From: Microcoleus sp. BR0-C5
GTDB lineage: Bacteria; Cyanobacteriota; Cyanobacteriia; Cyanobacteriales; Microcoleaceae
Direction: 5' to 3' (one strand)
Assembly (NCBI GenBank): GCA_036705045.1
Contig: JAUBTR010000001.1
DNA: 24,000 bases
The notes beneath the pieces were generated by a model. The model ran no database searches, was not told the DNA's origin, and worked only from the letters and a program-made list of their open reading frames with translations. A program made the position numbers and the translations under genes. Positions within the stretch are counted from its first letter, which is position 1; each line of letters opens with the position of its first letter. This document shows positions 21,871 to 24,000 of this stretch, piece after piece.

Positions 21871-22602
21871 TTAATAATCAGCGGGCGATCGCCTTTTTAC
21901 ATCTCTGCTTTGATTAGTGCGATCGCGGTCTTTTTTCCTACCTTTTTTAATCTGTTGGCTCATCTCGACAAACAAATCTCTGCGTAAATAAGGATAGTCG
22001 CTCACCCACACGTCACGGCTGGGAATATAAATATCTGAAACTTTGGCAATTCTGCCTAAATCTTCTTGATTTGACATAATTAACATTAAAGCAGCTTGAC
22101 CGGGGACAATTCCTTGGTGATCTTTCCGCAATGGAGCTCGAAGTGTAGTAGTAAATCCGGTTTTGTCACCAACTTCTAAGTTGATGCGCGGTTCTAGGTT
22201 GTCAACTATTACGAGTTGTCCTTTTTGATTGACTGTTTCTTCTTGACTTGTGACTTCATCTGTAATATATATATCCAAAACTCTTCCTTGCCAAAAACCG
22301 CAGTATTGATATTTGCGACATTCTGCATTCCGCAAACTCGCCCACAGAATTGGCCCCCACAGCCAGTACAAACCAGCTATCAATCCGGTGATTAAAACTA
22401 GCGGCGCGACATCGGAACCGGCGAAGTTATAAACTACCAGGAGGAAAACTACGCTGACTGCAGATATTAACATTCGCCTCAAAAAATCGGGCGGTTTTCC
22501 CCAGATATATTTGTATTGCGCTCCCGTGGCGACGGCGGGAATTAGTTCTTGAAAGGTTTCGCGGGTTAAGGGAATTAGCATAGGAAGTTTGGCAACGAGC
22601 AA
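21871..22602 (-). CDS. Conserved hypothetical membrane protein (two central TM helices, basic C-terminal tail)
   Basis: 243-aa ORF. Hydrophobic segments are MLISAVSVVFLLVVYNF and APLVLITGLIAGLYWLWGPILWA, with a K/R-rich C-terminus. No family was recognised. The start could be Met8. Confidence 0.55.
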   Translation of the reverse strand: MLVAKLPMLIPLTRETFQELIPAVATGAQYKYIWGKPPDFLRRMLISAVSVVFLLVVYNFAGSDVAPLVLITGLIAGLYWLWGPILWASLRNAECRKYQYCGFWQGRVLDIYITDEVTSQEETVNQKGQLVIVDNLEPRINLEVGDKTGFTTTLRAPLRKDHQGIVPGQAALMLIMSNQEDLGRIAKVSDIYIPSRDVWVSDYPYLRRDLFVEMSQQIKKGRKKDRDRTNQSRDVKRRSPADY

Positions 22603-22846
22603 TGTACGGGATGCAACGGCTGTCTGTTCGGAAGCTGATTATATTAAGGCATTTAACAGATTTAACTGATTGATGTTTAAGTCACAAATCAGAAGTTATA
22701 TCATGTGCGATCGAGTGACCGCGATTAAAAGGGCGGGTTTTTGAGATTGTCAATTATTGGCTGATATTTTTCGTGAACCCGCCCCTACCGTATTAGGGGT
22801 AATCGACCGGACATAATATTAGAAGTCAGATTAATTCCACATTACC

Positions 22847-22874
22847 AATGACTAATGACTAATGATTAATGACT
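22847..22874. repeat. Heptamer tandem repeat (TAATGAC, reverse complement GTCATTA) x4
   Basis: CAATGAC TAATGAC TAATGAT TAATGAC abuts the dapB stop codon. Read on the dapB strand it is TAG TCATTAA TCATTAG TCATTAG TCATTGG. Confidence 0.85.
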
Positions 22875-23703
22875 ACAAGATTTTTTCCAGGCCGTAAACG
22901 AGCGATCGTAATTCAATGACTTTGCGTATAGACAGCAAGACTCCTGGCATATAACAAGCGCGATCACTCGTATCGTGTCGTAAAGTATAAACTTGACCGG
23001 CGCCACCAAAAATTACCTCTTGGTGGGCAATTAAACCGGGTAAACGGATGCTGTGAATGCGAATCCCTTCATCGGCCACTGAACCCCGAGCACCGGCTAA
23101 TTTTTCCGTTTCCTCGACTTCAGGCAGATTGAAAGTTTTTCCCATTTCTGCTAGCATTTGGGCAGTTTGAATTGCCGTACCGCTGGGGGCGTCGGCTTTT
23201 TGATTGTGGTGGAGCTCGATAATTTCTACGTGTTCAAAATACTGAGATGCCGTGACGGCGGCTTGTTGGAGCAAAACCATGCCGATCGAGAAATTGGGTA
23301 TGATCAAACAGCCGATGCTCGCTTTATCAGCGAATTCAGCTAAGTTTTCAATTTGCTTGCTGCTCAATCCGGTAGTGCCGACTACTGGGCGAATGCCGTA
23401 AGCTATTGCCGATCGCACGTTTTCATAAACTGACGAAGGGTGCGTAAAATCTACCATCACGCCTAACTGCTTTTCCTGAGCTGCTAATACCAGCATTCCT
23501 TGCAAGTCGTCAGTGATGGGAACTTCTAACGGGCCGCATCCGGCTAATTCGCCCGCATCGGCGTTGAGGCACTCAGGAGAGCGGTCTACAGCCCCAAATA
23601 AGGTCATGTCACTAGCATGGGCGATCGCCTTAATTACTTCGCGGCCCATTTTGCCTGCAGCACCGTTAACAATCACCGGAATCGGAAGTTGATTCGCCAT
23701 CAT
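22873..23703 (-). CDS. dapB: 4-hydroxy-tetrahydrodipicolinate reductase DapB
   Basis: [27 protein letters not shown] (NAD(P)-binding GxxGxxG), [16 protein letters not shown] and [15 protein letters not shown]. The 361-aa ORF-track version (to 23958) adds an implausible 85-aa extension, so the start is set at the ATG pair at 23700/23703. Confidence 0.92.
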   Translation of the reverse strand: MMANQLPIPVIVNGAAGKMGREVIKAIAHASDMTLFGAVDRSPECLNADAGELAGCGPLEVPITDDLQGMLVLAAQEKQLGVMVDFTHPSSVYENVRSAIAYGIRPVVGTTGLSSKQIENLAEFADKASIGCLIIPNFSIGMVLLQQAAVTASQYFEHVEIIELHHNQKADAPSGTAIQTAQMLAEMGKTFNLPEVEETEKLAGARGSVADEGIRIHSIRLPGLIAHQEVIFGGAGQVYTLRHDTSDRACYMPGVLLSIRKVIELRSLVYGLEKIL

Positions 23704-24000
23704 CTCAAAAATATCCTGAAAGTTCGATCGACTAAATTTTAACGCTTGTGCGAATTTGGGGAAACAAGCAATGAAAGACAGGATTTGTCGGCAAATCTTC
23801 AAAAACCCGGTTCCCATTCGAGAAATACTTTGCCTGCATCGAGTAATTAGCTTAAAGAAACTCGGTTGTGGCACAAGTTCTGAAAAAATTACATTCAATC
23901 TCATATTAAGCTCAATTCTGTAAGAACAGACTTGTGCAAAGCTAATTTGCACCGACATATTTTTTCTGTGACTGCCAAATTCTCTCGAAATCTTCGATAT

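Noticed and set aside
23704-23958. 85-aa N-terminal extension of DapB (ORF-track start at 23958)
   Set aside because: DapB homologues begin just before the GxxGxxG NAD(P)-binding loop. The extension is Cys/Phe/Ile-rich with no recognisable domain. The ATG pair at 23700/23703 gives the expected protein of about 276 aa.

Overview
The window looks like chromosomal DNA from a filamentous cyanobacterium. Support: many HIP1 octamers (GCGATCGC, e.g. 2691-2698, 3409-3416, 3602-3609, 4314-4321), heptamer STRR-type tandem repeats at gene ends, and an FtsZ with a long N-terminal extension. Housekeeping genes are thiD, an MBL-fold hydrolase, ftsZ, ftsQ, a TPM-domain protein, cobH/cbiC, a conserved membrane protein and dapB. 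They are interleaved with five blocks of accessory material. (1) The distal part of a dnd DNA-phosphorothioation cluster (dndD, dndE). It is cut off from the preceding ORF by about 1.5 kb holding one IS200-like Y1 transposase (RAYT-like) flanked by five copies of a 154-bp composite palindromic repeat (REPIN-like). (2) An apparently intact TnpB-only IS200/IS605-family element sits between ftsQ and ftsZ, co-oriented with both. (3) A two-gene P-loop NTPase locus: a 443-aa minimal STAND/ORC-like ATPase, then after a 684-bp structured spacer a 1824-aa protein. That protein has an unassigned N-terminal module with helical repeats, an nSTAND1-like NTPase, one hydrophobic helix and 14 WD40 blades, with no recognisable enzymatic effector. 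(4) A second, unrelated TnpB carries a single-nucleotide frameshift. (5) An overlapping DUF4160/DUF2442 gene pair. The best candidate for an undescribed system is (3), followed by the RAYT/REPIN insertion inside the dnd cluster. All protein calls come from reading motifs by eye. No database search was possible, so family assignments need HMM or BLAST confirmation.
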